Origin: Proteromonas lacertae
Taxonomy: Eukaryota
Reading direction: 5' to 3'
Length of the DNA: 64,000 bases
Assembly (NCBI GenBank): GCA_002245135.1
Contig: NGBS01001161.1
Span: 372,001 to 436,000 of the forward strand
In this document: positions 1 through 14,562 of the stretch, one piece after another
Position numbering within the stretch: position 1 is the stretch's first letter
How the letters are laid out: each line of letters starts with the position of its first letter
The notes under the pieces: generated by a model
What the model was told of the DNA's origin: nothing
Seen by the model: the letters and a program-made list of their open reading frames with translations, nothing else
The model's database searches: none
Position numbers and translations under genes: made by a program

Positions 1-126
1 TGGAAGCTTCTATTAAACAGCATTAATAAAAAAACATACTTCCCAAGCTGAATCTTTAGCTGGTAATTTTGGATCATATGGAACATTTCTAGTGAATTGA
101 GATGGGAATGAAGGAGATGAACCCAT
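1..126 (-). CDS. 5' end of a gene running off the window; N-terminus MGSSPSFPSQFTRNVPYDPKLPAKDSAWE, possibly N-myristoylated
   Basis: ATG at 126 opens a frame ending at a GTATG donor; MGxxxS matches the myristoylation consensus. Confidence 0.55.
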
Positions 127-371
127 TAGACTGTTGTAAATGAAAGAAAGAAAGAAGATTCAATGAAACGAATAAAACAAAACGAATGTTTTTTTAATTA
201 CACCCTTTCTTCGTTGAATGTGTTTTATACATTACCATAACTACTTTTCGAAATGATAAAAGTGAATTAAATTTATAGAATATATTCTCATTTTAAGCTT
301 CTGTTGAAATAAATTTCATTAATTATTCAAAGAACAACTAATTGATAAAGAAAAATTATATTTTAAATTAA

Positions 372-769
372 TTAAAATTGAAAGTGTTCAACCTCTCCAT
401 TTTCCTCTTCTTCCCCTTCTCCTTCCTCTTCTTCCTCACCTTCTCCTCCTTCTTCCTCTTCATATTTTTCTTCTTGTGATTCATGATGTTCAACTGATGG
501 AACATTGTTATCCACCTCTTCTTCATCCTCTTCATCCTCTTCTGACGGCATTTGTGAAAAATATGAAGCTGCAAACTGAATTGTGTCTTCAGGTTTATAT
601 TCAAGCACAGTTAATAAAAATTGTTTAGTCATTTCCAATAGTTCTGGGTGTTCTCTTAGATATCTCTCATTATTTATTTTTGTATCAATCTAAATACATG
701 AAACATTCAATATAATACTCTAGCCTTCTGTAATGCATCTCGCTGCTGAGAATTAAGTGCGCTTTTCAT
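372..769 (-). CDS. RIIAD1: RIIa domain-containing protein (RIIAD1-like) with Glu-rich tail; one intron
   Basis: Spliced product has KINNERYLREHPELLEMTKQFLLTVLEYKPEDTIQFAASYF, resembling the RIIa/D-D motif of RIIAD1. Confidence 0.7.
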
Positions 770-815
770 TTTTATGAGTTTATAAAAATTACCGTTTCTT
801 GTTTTTAAATCAATA

Positions 816-1584
816 ATGTCTCAAGAACAGTATCTAGAATCACTTTTAAAACTTGAACCACCCGTGTGTGTATCTAATACAACATTAGATAGTAAAGTAT
901 AACCTCATTAGTTTATATTTTGTTCTACTAGCCAAGTAAACAAATAGCAATGAATAAACTTGAAAGTACACAACTAGATGAGATTTTAAACTCAATATTA
1001 CCACCTCAGTATCATAATTAGTGTTATTTTATAGCCGTTTCACAAAGGATGGTTTTACATATGAGCAACAAGTATCAAAAGCAAAATCAGGAAGAATGGA
1101 GATAATACAATTACAAGAAACTTTAGATCGAAATCTTGCAAAACGTCAAGCAAGAGATAGTGGTATATGTCCAGTAAGAGAAGATTTATACCATCAATGT
1201 TTTGATGAAATTATTCGACAAGTAACAATATTTGGACCAGAAAGAGGTTTATTGTTATTGAGAGTAAGAGATGAAATAAGAATGACAATTGATGCTTATA
1301 AAACATTATATGATAGTAGTGTAATATTCGGAATAAGAAAACAAAAGCAAAGTGAAGATGGAATGGAAGAAATGAGACAGAATATTAGGGATTTAGAAGA
1401 GAAAAAAGCAAGATTGAATCTTGAAGTATTGGAATTGAGAAACAAAGTTGATATTTTACAGAAAAGAATTGCTGAAGAACAAGCTGTTGAACAGAAGAAT
1501 TATCAAGAACAAACTGATTTTATTAAGCATCAAATAGGACATTTTGAACAATATTTAAAGAGTTTAGATGCTGATGCTAATTAA
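816..1584 (+). CDS. DNALI1: Axonemal inner-arm dynein light chain p28; two introns
   Basis: ILNSILPP, RQARDSGICPVREDLYHQCFDEIIRQVT and ERGLLLLRVRDEIRMTIDAYKTLYDSS are p28 signatures. Confidence 0.95.
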
Positions 1585-1687
1585 TTTATACTAAACTTTA
1601 ATATTTATTGATATAATTGATTTGGTTTGTTTGTATATATATTCAAAAAAGAATAATAATTAAAAATAATATAAGTTGTTATAATAA

Positions 1688-4600
1688 TTACTTATAATCA
1701 TCAGAAAAAAATGAATGAAGTAATGTTGGTGATGCTATACTATCTCTTCTTCTATGATGAACTGATCTCTCATTTTTGTTAAATATATATTTCTGAATTG
1801 CTTCAAAAAATACATCACCATCTTCATTCTCAAGTTTTATTTCGATTTCTTTTTTATCTATTTACAAATAATAATAATAATAATAATAATATATACCATC
1901 ACCAATTAAACATCCATTTCTATATTTATTACAGAAAATATAACCACACATCATTTTATTGTTTTTCTTTATATTATTTGTATTTAATATGACTTTAACA
2001 GAATTACGATTAATACTACAACTGATTATCTCATTCAAATGGATTATCAGCTCAATTCTAGGGAAGGTAAGAGTGTTATTTATAACTAACAGATGGTTTG
2101 ATGTTAAAATATAATACTTTTCATTTGAATATAAACTACAAACATATATCTCTTGGTTTGGAACATGTCCTTGTAATATTTGTAATAAATATTCTCCTTC
2201 TGATTCATTCACTCTTTCATCCTATTAATAATAATATTGATAATAAATATATATATATATATATATACATCATCTGAATATAATAATAACGGAATTGAAT
2301 GATAATTTGATTTGGCTTTATTGAAAACATTACCACCATTCATTACTGAATATTTATATAAATGCCTTATAAAGAATCTAAACACTCCTAATGATGGATA
2401 AATCAACAGTCCACTAACTCCACTCTGAATACCACGAACAAACCCAAATAATCCATTACAAATACCATAATAAGGACTAACAAAGAAGTTCTGAAGAGCT
2501 ATTTGAATACCTGAAGGTAATCCACTTGGTAATTTGACATAAAATGGATACTGAAATGTAATATGAATAATATTTGTCCAACTATGTAAAATATCATCTA
2601 TTAGATAAGAATAACAGTAACTATACACAAAGTATGACATACTCCTTGATATATGGTTTTATTAAACACTTTGAAGAATCTGAATAAGTATCTGATTGTT
2701 GAAATATTACCTCCATTAACTTCAAGATGAGGGAAATGCATAAACCTCTTTATATTACCAAATAAACCAATTGAAGATATAACACTAAAGAATAATGATG
2801 CTTTTGATGGTTTAAATGAATTTGTAATGACATTCATTGTATCATTATTGCTATTGTTATTATTCAATAGAATATATGAATGAATTTCTATTTCTTTACT
2901 TTTATATTCTACTTTATCAATATTACCAACTACTCTGATCAATAATGGATCATTATCATCATTATTGGGTGGATTAACATGTGAATATACTACACTAATT
3001 GGTTTAACTATCATATTCTTAATGATGATTATTGAACCTTCTGATGATTTCATAGTATTTTTATTAAATCTATTCTTTTTATTTTTGCTATTGAATATCT
3101 TTAGATTGTTTTTTCTCCTTTCTATATTCTTAAGCATATCTTTTAATGCATAAGCTATTTCATTTATATAAGCTAATAATGATAAATCCATATTAATAGT
3201 ATAATTTGATGTGCTGAAATACAATGACTCGATGGAATAAACATTCTGATTTATCTTTTCAAATAACAGATTAAATTCAATGGCATAATCTCGTGGATTT
3301 GATTGACAAAGTATTGAATAAGGGGTTATTAATAGATTATTACATTCTATAGAGAGAACTTTCAATCGAAGATTGATAATATCATTCTATTACAAATATA
3401 TATATGTCATAATATTTATTATTATACAATGTTAAAACTCATCAATATCTTTGATAATTTACCATGAAGGAATATGCTCCTAAATGGTGAAATGAGTGAA
3501 AATCCAATCGAATTGAATCTGAATATTATTGGTGATAAACAAGATGGATTTAATTCACTATCTTCATTTGATTGAACAGTTGATTTATCTATTATTTTGA
3601 CTATCTTTTGGTTGTTTTCACCAACTATCATTTTGCATTAAATCTAAATTAAGGACAATAATACTAAAATTCTAATAAAAGAAAAAGATATCTCAACAAA
3701 TTCAACATTGGGATTATTTGGATTAATTATCTTTCTTGGTTGTTCATTTTTATGCAATGGTATTAAAACTATTAAAAACATTAACTAGTAAAATATACAT
3801 GATAATGCTAATTTGTTTGTATTATCCATTACTTGACATAAGAATTCTTTTGGCTTATTTTGATATTCACAAGCAAAAGGCTTGACTCCTTTTGGATGAA
3901 TTACATATTTTCTACAACAATTATCATTCTGATAGACAATTACTTTAAATTTTGAAGCATTATTGATAATCAATGGACTTTGATCTATTCTTGCCTTATT
4001 AACTGTTATATATGTGGATAATGATGAATGACACACTTTAACTCTTAAAATACTTTCATAATTATAAAATGTATTTACATATATATAATATGACTTTGAA
4101 TAGATTATTGGTATTGATCCTACTTTCTTGACAGTACAATCTCCAAGAGAAAACTATAACAGATATAATAAGAATAAATACATCAACTGCTATTTTCTTT
4201 TCTTTATAATGTACTTCATCAAATGTTTTCTTTGATTTTGGAGGTATAACAATCTCAGTGTCTCTTACACAATGTTGTTCACATCTTAATCTTATTGTGG
4301 TATTATTCTTAATAATGATTGAAGGTAAAATGACTATTTGAATTGTTGATAAATTATCTTTAATGATTCTCTTAATCTTTAATACAACTGATGTACTAAT
4401 GTCACTGTTATTGTGTTTCAACTATTAAATATAAATATAAATCATAAGAATATACTCTTAAACTGATTGTTTGTGATTTAATAGTAAATGGTTTTGACCA
4501 ATTGCCATTCTCTATTTTCATTTGCCATTGATCCATTATTAAACCAGATATATCTCTATTAAATACACATGATTTGGTATTCTCCAATATTTCATATTTC

Positions 4601-7600
4601 ATCTCTTTGTCTCTTAATTTCTTGTTATTCTCACAATGTGTTAATGATCTTAATATCAATCTACTGTTGATTTGATTATCAATAATTATTGGTGAATATA
4701 TGTGAAGTATTGATGGAGTATCACTTGGAGGTTCCCAGAATGTGTAGAAATAGTGTGTTATTCTTTCATACTTATTCTTTATTGTACTATGATGTTGGAA
4801 TGTAATCGGATGTGATACTGTCTTACTACATGAGTGTAATATATCGATCTTTACTGGTGTTTGAATTATTTCTCCTCTTCCAGGAATATATATTTTATAT
4901 TGCATGTATGTTTCAATTGAATGGAATGATGAGATTGGATAAGATTCTAATGGTTTTAAATTGATATGGAATGTATCTATTTCAATAGATAAAGAGAATA
5001 TAATATATACTTGTTGATTGAGAATTTGTTTTGTTTATATCACGTTCATTTATTGATAAATTCAATTCCATTGATATTTCAAATGGCAGATGATTTGTGA
5101 TTAACATGATAGGATATAATACTATTGATTTATATATTGTATTATTATCTAATCTTCTCTGTATTAAATATATCTGATTATAGCTTGAATTAACTTGCGA
5201 ATTGAAAATGATTGGTTCTAATGTTGATTCATTATTCTCATCTTCTTCTGTTATTGGTGATATATATTTCGGTTCATAAATCATAGTTTTATCCACTGGA
5301 TATATTTTCATTGATTGATTTAATCCAAATCTTGATAATGGCTCATAAGATTGTCCATATGGTAGAATAATGTATTTGTTATTGTTATTATTCCATTCTA
5401 ACTCAAACACAGTGTTTGTATGATTAATTATTGCTATTAATGATAATAAATGAATAATAATTGTATGTCCTTCTTTTCTATAATGAACATTAAACTTACA
5501 AGATGGTGGAATAAATGCTGATTTTTGTAAATCACTTGAACATACATTAACAAATGGAGTTAATGATAAAGTTTCAGTCAAAATATTATCACTCCAACCT
5601 GGAAGATTGATAGTTGGTAAATAATTGATGTTATTGTAATGAATAGATAGAATGTAACTATCAGAAGGAGTCATTGATAACATTGAGTTACTCATCACAA
5701 AATGTTTTCCATAATCATTTGATATTTCAACAGAATGACCTAAATTGTTTATTACACATACTGTTATTCTGTCTTTTTCTTCAATTTCTTTGGTTAATTC
5801 ATTAATCATTAACTTTGGATTAACATAAATGTAAGAATCTAAAACATGATTGATAGTTTGAAGTATTGATGAAGATAATAAGAAATGAATATCTGAGGTA
5901 TTTACTGTTAAAAAACCAGGTGATTTGATTGTATATCTTGTAGGATCTTTAACTTTCATTTCAACTAACAATAAATAACAATAATATATATATATATATA
6001 ATACCATTAACTGTATCAACTAATGGAGTGAAGTATTTGTAAGTCTTATCATAATATTGAATATCACTATTCATACTACATTCTATTGTCATTGGCGATA
6101 TTTTATTGTTTTTACATTCAACTAAGAAATCGTATGATGAATATTTGATGATTGGTTCATATAGACTATCAGATGTTTCATTTGAGATTTGTAATGATAT
6201 AATATTGGAGAAGAATCTGATATTAAAATCTGTAGAGTTAGATAATCCTAAATTGCAATAAAAGTAAAATTTCTATTCATACTCTCAAGCTTGGAATTAC
6301 TATTTGAATGTTTCTTTTTCTTTTTTTCTTCATCTTTTTTAATGTGATGTTGAATCTTCAAATTTGTCTCACTGATAAATTTCAATAATTCAATTGTTTT
6401 TGGAGTAATAATCAATGAAAACTGGGATGAATTTATATTAATATCTCTATTATAAGAATAATATTATTGATATACAATTTGTAGTATTTTCTGATTGAAA
6501 TATTCAATTCGCATGGTGTCAAAATATAACCTAATGAATCTCCAGCAAATGGACTTTCAATGGATAAATCATTCATCTATAAAACATTACATGAAAAACA
6601 TATAAATATACGTTGATATTAATTTGATTTTCAATATGAGGAATAATCAAAAAATCAATACTTATATCGAATTTGAATCTCAACAACTCAGGCACAACAG
6701 GTTTATGATGCAATATTCTTATTGTTGGCTTTATATTCAATGATATATTCCATGGTTTCTTTCCATTTGTCTTTTCATATGGAATAATTTGCATGTTTCC
6801 ATGAATGATTGATTTATGTTCAGCATAATTTTCATTATTTTCTTCTGCTTTGCCATATATCTTTTCACATTTATGTTTTAATTTTTTAATATGTTTTATA
6901 TATGATATTATATCGATCATTACTTGTGGAATCATATTCATTGTCAGTTTTCCTAACTGTAAATCAATTGAATGAGTCTCTGGCTATTATAAGATATATA
7001 AATTAATGAATAAATACATTACAATATATGCCAATTGATCGATCTTTAACAGGTTCATAGAACATTTTATAATCTTTGTAATTTGGTCGAGAAAAGTCTA
7101 TTGTTGGAGGATTTCTAATATAAACAATAATAGAGTCAAATATATATACTTTTCTAATAACAAAAATGTCCTAGCATGTCCAGGAACTGATGTAGTTAAT
7201 GTAACACAATAAATCTTATCTAAACATACAGATATATCTTCAATGTGTGTTATATTCTTCAGAATGATTGAAGTGATCAATTTCTTCACTTTGAATGAGA
7301 AATGAGGAGAATAAAATATCCTATTAGAACCATTTATCTGTTTTGTGACAATATTTACTGCAAATGTTTCTAATTTTATTTGTGCATTGTTAAATATTAT
7401 ATCATCTATATATTTTTCACCAAATAACTTCTATTAACAAAATATGATTTATAATTATATACAGAAACAAGATTTGTTTCAACTTTTACTACAGGATGTT
7501 GAACAACAGGAAGTATTTTATTCTTAACTCTATTATTCGTTTTGATTGCATTTAAGAAGGCATAAGCACTCATTATTGATTCATCACTTAGCACCAAAAT

Positions 7601-10600
7601 AATAGAGTTTATATTGACATTTAAACTCCAATTAATCATTTCCATACGAGGTGAATATAATGCAACTGTAATAGATGGAATTTGAATTATTGGTTGTGAA
7701 CAAAGAGTATTGTTGATTGAAATACTATTGAATGATAATTCAGACACAGTAGTAACATTATTAGAAATTGGATCTATTACTCCTGAATGACTAATAACTA
7801 TTTTCTTTGTGTTTATAATACCTTTGAATAATTCATTATTCACTAGTCTATAAGGTGCTATAATCATTGGATTGATAATTGTTATTGATAAACACACTTC
7901 ATTATTTATAAATGAGAGAATTGAATGATTTTCTTTCTTTTTATTATTATTATCATCATCATAACCTTTTTCATCATCATCATCTTCTTCTGGATATGGC
8001 GATTCTGGTTCTGATGGATGAATCGATTTTAATAACCTAGAGAACTTTGATGCAGGCTATATAACATAATATATATAATAAATATACTTCAGCTATTAAT
8101 TGTACTAGTTTTCTATAGAATAATGGATAGATAATTGTCATAAAATTCGTAATTGTTCCATCAATAACAACATGATAATGAAGATTCTTTTCAAAAGACA
8201 TATCTGAAAATGGTGAAATATGATGTTTATTCTTACAATACAATATGTGTAATCTCATCAATGGTTCAGAACTATAATCTGTACTAGACATTACAATATG
8301 ATTAATTGTAGAAATGTCAGCCAACTATTCAATAGACAAGAAGTATATATATATACTGAAAAGTTTAATAATTCCATAGTCATTTCATATTTTGAATTAC
8401 TGTCATGTAATAACACATGACAATTATTCAGAGTAAATAAGGCATTATTTGTATTAAAATCTTCAGCAAAATATATCTGAAATTGATTCAAAGTGATATT
8501 ATACTATTGAATGAATAAATAATTAAAATACAGATTTATCTTTACTTTTCTTCACTGCAAATGAATCATCATTTGGTGGAAACAATATCTCTTGTCTTTT
8601 CTTAATTGTATCTCGTAAATGTAAAACTTTTTCCATTGAAGATTGAGCCATATCAATGAAATGGTTTAACACACTGATATTATAATAAATGGTCAATCTA
8701 TCAAGATTAATAATAACTTGATTTGATTTGATATTAATAAGGGGAATATCGGGATCTTTGGGAATTAAAGTAATAAGGTTATTTCTTTCATCACCACTTT
8801 TTAAGAAGAATGATTGTAAATGAACTCTTATATCTTTCAAATCTTTACCTTTCTGGAGGAACAATTTGAAGAAATTCAATTGTGTATATAATATATATCG
8901 ACATGACTAAATAAAATAAGAATATAAAAATAAAATATACTTCATTCTGTCTTTTATCATCATAATCATAACACAATATCTCAAATCTTGGTGTAGTAAA
9001 AGTAAAATCTATTTTGATAGCATGTTGATCTGGTTTTTGTGTTTCTCTTTTTGCTATAAACAATAATCAATAACAAAAATATACCAAATTCTATTCTTCT
9101 AGTATAATCTAATCTCTTTACAGCATTCTCCATTAAAACATAAGGATCTTGAAATTGATCCAACTGTTTCAACAATTTCTCTTTATATTCAACCAATGTA
9201 GCTATTAAAAGAATATATATATAATTAATATACGAGAATCTTCATATTCCAGTTTCTTATTAATATTATCAATTTCTATTTTCAATTGCTGAATATGATT
9301 ATATAAACCATTAGTCCTATCACCAGTTGAATTAACTATATCATCAATTTCATCATTACTCTCATCACTTCCTGTTAAAAATGATATTTCACTCTCATTA
9401 TCTGAAGAAGATGAACTATTCATATCATCATCTAATTTTCTGTTACTAGCTTAATAATTGTTCAATTCTACTTGGAGATGAAGGAATAAGTTGGCGTGAA
9501 CGGAATGAATTAATACTCAGAGGTCTTCTTGTAGGAGAATTTGGATAGGAATCATTACTTAGATTGAATTCATCCAATTGTGAATCTAATTCTGAATCAG
9601 AATTAGCATGTTTTGAAGGAAGCTGTAGATGATGAACGATGTGACATTGGGTAGAACGATAATTAAGAAATAACAATTAGAAATAATTAATTAAATAAAA
9701 AAGATATAGAGCCAAGTATTCGATGTTTAACTGGTGAAGGTTCTTGAGTCAAATATGAATAAAACATATCAATTCTAAAATACATAAAGAATGAAAAAAA
9801 TACTGATTGATGTTTACTCTAAAATTGATTGGAGTTGACATAATATCAATAATAAACTGCGTTAAAGTTGCATCTGAAGGTAAAGAAGACTTTAATAGCA
9901 AAATCTAAACAATATATTTATATATAAATATAATATAACAATATATACGGATAAATTGAATGACTTCATCAGCATTTTATTAAAACTGAAATCCATATTC
10001 TGTAAATCAACATATTGAGTGTAATATATTTGAATTTCATTAATATACACAGCAAATAAATCATAAAAACTATCAAAATTATTCGAAATATTCAATGATA
10101 ATCCATCGTATTTCTGTCTCATTGGTTTTAAGAATTTTGAGAGAATATTATTCACTCTATTCGTCATATCATCGCATAAACTTTCATCTAAATATTATAA
10201 ATAAGTATTATACATTGAATCGTATTATTCAATTGAATTGAATCTAATCTCACATATATACAACCAGCCTCTGGATTATCCCTTTGTTTTGGTATTATAA
10301 AGCATGGAGTATTGATAATACACAATATATCCGGCATATGATGATTCTGATTCAAATATTCTAGTTTGGCTTGAAACTGGGCTTGATACTCACAATATTG
10401 ATTTATTGCTTCTATTTGATTTTCAATGAAAAACATTGAGTTTGAAGAAACCATAAACTTCTTAAACATTAATACAACATTTTCATTATATATAAAAACG
10501 ATTGGTTCTATATTTATCTTTGCCACTTTCTAAATAAATAACAAAAAACAATAAAAATAATACATTTTTCATTGAGAATTCTATCATTGAATATGTAGCT

Positions 10601-12602
10601 TTATCTTGTGGCTCTAACATCTGTGCAAAGTATTGATTTGGATTCAATAAATCTCTCATTGTAATTGTCGATATAACTCCTTTAATACCATCTTTATCAG
10701 ATATATTAACATTAGCTCCATATATTATAAACTCAGCAAATTTCTGCTTCTCATGTTTCAAATCAATCGAACATTTTACTATATTAATATTAATATTAAG
10801 TGGATTTGGTGTTGGTTTTATATCTGGTTTAACCACTGGTTTATTGGTTGGTTTGGTTGGTGTAACTCTTCCTTTATTATGAGTTGGAGTTGTAGAAGAT
10901 GCTGTAGTTGTTGATGATGTTGATGTAGTTGATGTTGATGACATTGATGGTAAATAAGCTGAATAATCAAATGAAGCAAATTTAGTAATTGTTGAGATGA
11001 ATGATTCACTTGTTTCTTTTGATTCTGATAATATATCTTCATTAGCAACCTATATTTAAATAAACATAAAAAGAAATACAAATAAAGTATCTAATGCTAT
11101 ATCTCTCCAAGTTAATATAATATCACAATCATAAGTAGATTCTATCTCTTTTAATGTATTATATTCAGTTTGATTGATTTTCATATTCTCTTCATTCAAT
11201 TTCAATAACATTCTGAAATTAATATCTTTACTTCTTTTACACACTGAACATTTTGTTGAAGTGTTATTATTGCCTTCTTTACATACACTACATTTCCATT
11301 GTTTAAGATTTGTTATTTTTGAAGGAACTTTTAGTTTTAATATTTTATCAGGAATGGGAGTTTCATTTTCTTTATAATTCCCATTTCCATATAATAAATA
11401 TCTTTTCCACAATGAAATATACATTATCATATTACTTAAAATAGTGGTTATATACTTTCCGCTTTTAATCATTTTAGTATGTACAATTTCTGCTCTTATT
11501 TCTCTACATGCGTATTTTAACCATTGCTTAGCATTGCCCATAAATGAAAATGATGGTCTTTCTGTTAATAGTTTTGATCTATATTTAAACATTACAATAT
11601 TTCCATAAAAATCATTGAAATAAGAATAATGATCTGATGTAATACAAATATCTACATTTTCAATTATTATTGATTTTGAACTATTCATAATGATATAATA
11701 TTATTATATATTTATAAATATACTCAAATTGATTATCCAATGTCAAACTCATTGGATTGATAATAACATCCATTTTTTTACTTAAAAACTCTTTCAGTAT
11801 TGAAATATAATCTTTATATTCAGATTTTTGAATATCAGACAAGTCTATTTAAAGATATAAAACAATATATAGTAATATACGTGAAAAGGATGATGAAATG
11901 TTCTGTTCTACTGTAAATAGTTCATAATTAGTGACTTTGGCTGGTTCTTCATATCCAGTAGGAGGGAAAAATACACTTTCAATACTTACACCAAATTCAA
12001 TTGGATTATTATAGTTTGTTACATTATCAATAATTAATACATTAATATCCTTTACATTAATTATTTTATTCTTCATCATTGATTTCATAATTGAACTAAA
12101 GAAACTGTCTTTTCCAACTAAAGAGTATGTTTTTAATCGATCAATTGAGAATTTGTAATTGGATGTTAAATTTGATGATTTAACTTTCTATAAACAAATT
12201 AAAATAAGTTAAAGATATACATCATGCTTTCTCTTTCTCTCGTCTAAAGATGATTCATAATTAGTCTCTAAAGTGAGATACACACCAGATATCTATTATA
12301 GTAAATAAATAAAAACAAAAGAATACATTAATCGTAACGTAGGCTTCATAAAAAGAAATTTGAAAATCACTAAACATTCCTTTTACCACAGAGAATGGAA
12401 TATTTGCAGCATCAAGCAAAGTATCGGATAAAATTGCATTTTTAGTAGTGGCGGTTCCTATTTTGAATAAGAACAAAAGATCAATAATACCATATATCTT
12501 ATCAACAACCCAATTACGTTCTTCTAAAGAATTGTCATCTAATACACCTTTTAATTTCTCTCTGAGAGCAGAGAGAATAGCTTTATCAATTGAATCAAAC
12601 AT
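1688..12602 (-). CDS. VPS13: VPS13-family (bridge-like lipid transfer) protein, many short introns; 3' end is 1752 or 1688 depending on a 1-nt indel
   Basis: Chorein-N-like start (LSDTLLDAANIPFSVVKG), RP...AKQWLKYA motif, VAB-like repeats (YPIMLITNHLPFEI, PIIIDNQIN, PSIIIKNNT, PLIINNAS), Gly-rich ATG_C-like segment (GLFGFVRGIQSGVSGLLIYP) and a PH-like end; exons joined by GT..AG introns. Confidence 0.8.
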
Positions 12603-12652
12603 GACCCAAACATGTTTGCATGTTGGCTCGTCTACAAATTGAATTTACTTAA

Positions 12653-13628
12653 ATGGCTCAACTATGTAAATATTGTGGTCTAGATTCCCTTGAAATTGAT
12701 ATAAGGGAAGGCATAGTCGTGTGTACCTCTTGTGGGGTTGTAGCGTTCAATAAATTAATAAGTGATGAAGCAGACTGGAGAAATTTTGGAGGTGATGGTA
12801 TATTTATTTATATTTTTATATTTTAAAATAGAAGACAGTGAAGACAAATCTAGAGTAGGCATATCTGATGATATTCTTCTAGATTCTATTGGATTACAAA
12901 GCACAATATGTGGAAACAATCAATACGCAAAAGCATCTAGAAATAATTCAATATTGAAAAAGCAGACTAATTTAATGATGAATATAAACAAAAAATTGAC
13001 AAGATACAGCGAAGAATTGAAATTATGTAAAAGAACGTTGGATATAGCAAAGAGTATATATTTGAAATGCACAGATCTTGGTCATATCAAACATCCTTGT
13101 TTAGCAGCAATTATACAGATAGCCTGTCGTATATCCAAAACTGTTCGTAATTTAAGTGAAATATCGTGTGTAACAAATACTGCTAAAAGTATAATACAAT
13201 CTCAATACTTAGTTATAATAAATACACTTCATTTATCAATTCCCAGAATTACTTCAGAAGATTACATTCAAAGGTTTGGAGTTCGTTTATCTTTAAGTAG
13301 AACTATCATAGAAACAGCTATTAGAATAGTAGAAGAAGTAAAAGATAAAAATTATGTAATTGCTAAAGGAAATATTAGTTTATCAGCTGCTTGTCTTTTA
13401 TTTTCTAATTATATGATAGGTGATAAAGAAATAGGAGTAGATGATATGGCTAAAGTTGCAGATTTAAGTTCAGCTACAATAAAGAACACATATTCTTCAA
13501 TGTATAGTCACAGAGAAGATTTAGCTTTTTATTTGTGGAAGAATAATCAGTTGAATACTATTAAATCAAAAACTGATTTGTATAAAGTTATTGATAGTTT
13601 GCCTGATAAAATTGAGGTGAAGAATTAA
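12653..13628 (+). CDS. Transcription initiation factor IIB-like protein (divergent); one intron
   Basis: Zn ribbon CKYC...EGIVVCTSCG, B-reader-like SDEADWRNF, SRVG, two cyclin folds (AAIIQIACR...RNLSEI; YIQRFGVRLSL; SAACL; SSATIKNTY). Confidence 0.85.
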
Positions 13629-13808
13629 GAAATGGATTATATATTATTTAATTACCCTTACACACATTTTTTTTGGTATTTTATAATATATATGTATTTC
13701 TTACTAATAATTTTATTTATTGATTTGTTATTGGAATATTTTATGTGTTGGTGAAAGATTAAAACAAAACAATAATAGAAACAGTCATTCAATTGATTAA
13801 GAATTAAC

Positions 13809-14451
13809 TTAGTTGTGATATCTTGATGATTTACGATATTCTGCATATTTTGGCTGTTTTTCAAATGCTTCTAAGAAAGATTTTAAATTAGCGCTCTTCT
13901 TTACTAAACCATTTGAAATAGTATCACAATCATATAAAATATCATAGGCAGCAATATCAGCAATTGATACTCTCTTTCCGACAAAGAAATCACCTGCATT
14001 CTTCTTCTTTAAGTTTTCAAAGTAACCAATCCATACTGGAAGTATATTGTCAATTAAATCCTTAGTTGCAGCTTCTTTATCTTTATTGAATATAGCTCCA
14101 TAGTACTTTGTTCTTAAATCAGCTACTCCATCAATAACCATATCAATTTGCCACTTTTCATCATCATTATCACCATATAAATTAAGTCTATATATTTATA
14201 AATTTAGATCCATACAATCTTCCTAAATATCTTAAGATAGTTCCACTTTGGACAATATTATGACCTTTGTGCTTTAATAATGGTACTTGTCCAAAGGCTA
14301 ATTCACCAGATTCTGTCATACTTTTCTTTAATTCTGGCCATTTGCCGTCTACAGGCTCTTCTTTGTATTGTTTACCACTTAGCTCAAGTGCAATTCTTGC
14401 AACCTCTGCACGACCACGAGCTCCGAAGTAGATAATAGTAAATTCAGCCAT
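13809..14451 (-). CDS. Glutathione S-transferase (Tyr-type, sigma/pi/mu-like), copy 1; one intron
   Basis: YFGARGRAE, FGQVP, QSGTILRYLGR, FFVGKRVSIAD. Confidence 0.93.
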
Positions 14452-14562
14452 TATTTAGAAGATATTTAGAAGATTCTAGAATTTGAAAAATCAACCAATA
14501 AAAAATAGTTTACAAAATAATAATTCTGTCATTTTATCAACAACAGCATAAACTGTACTATT

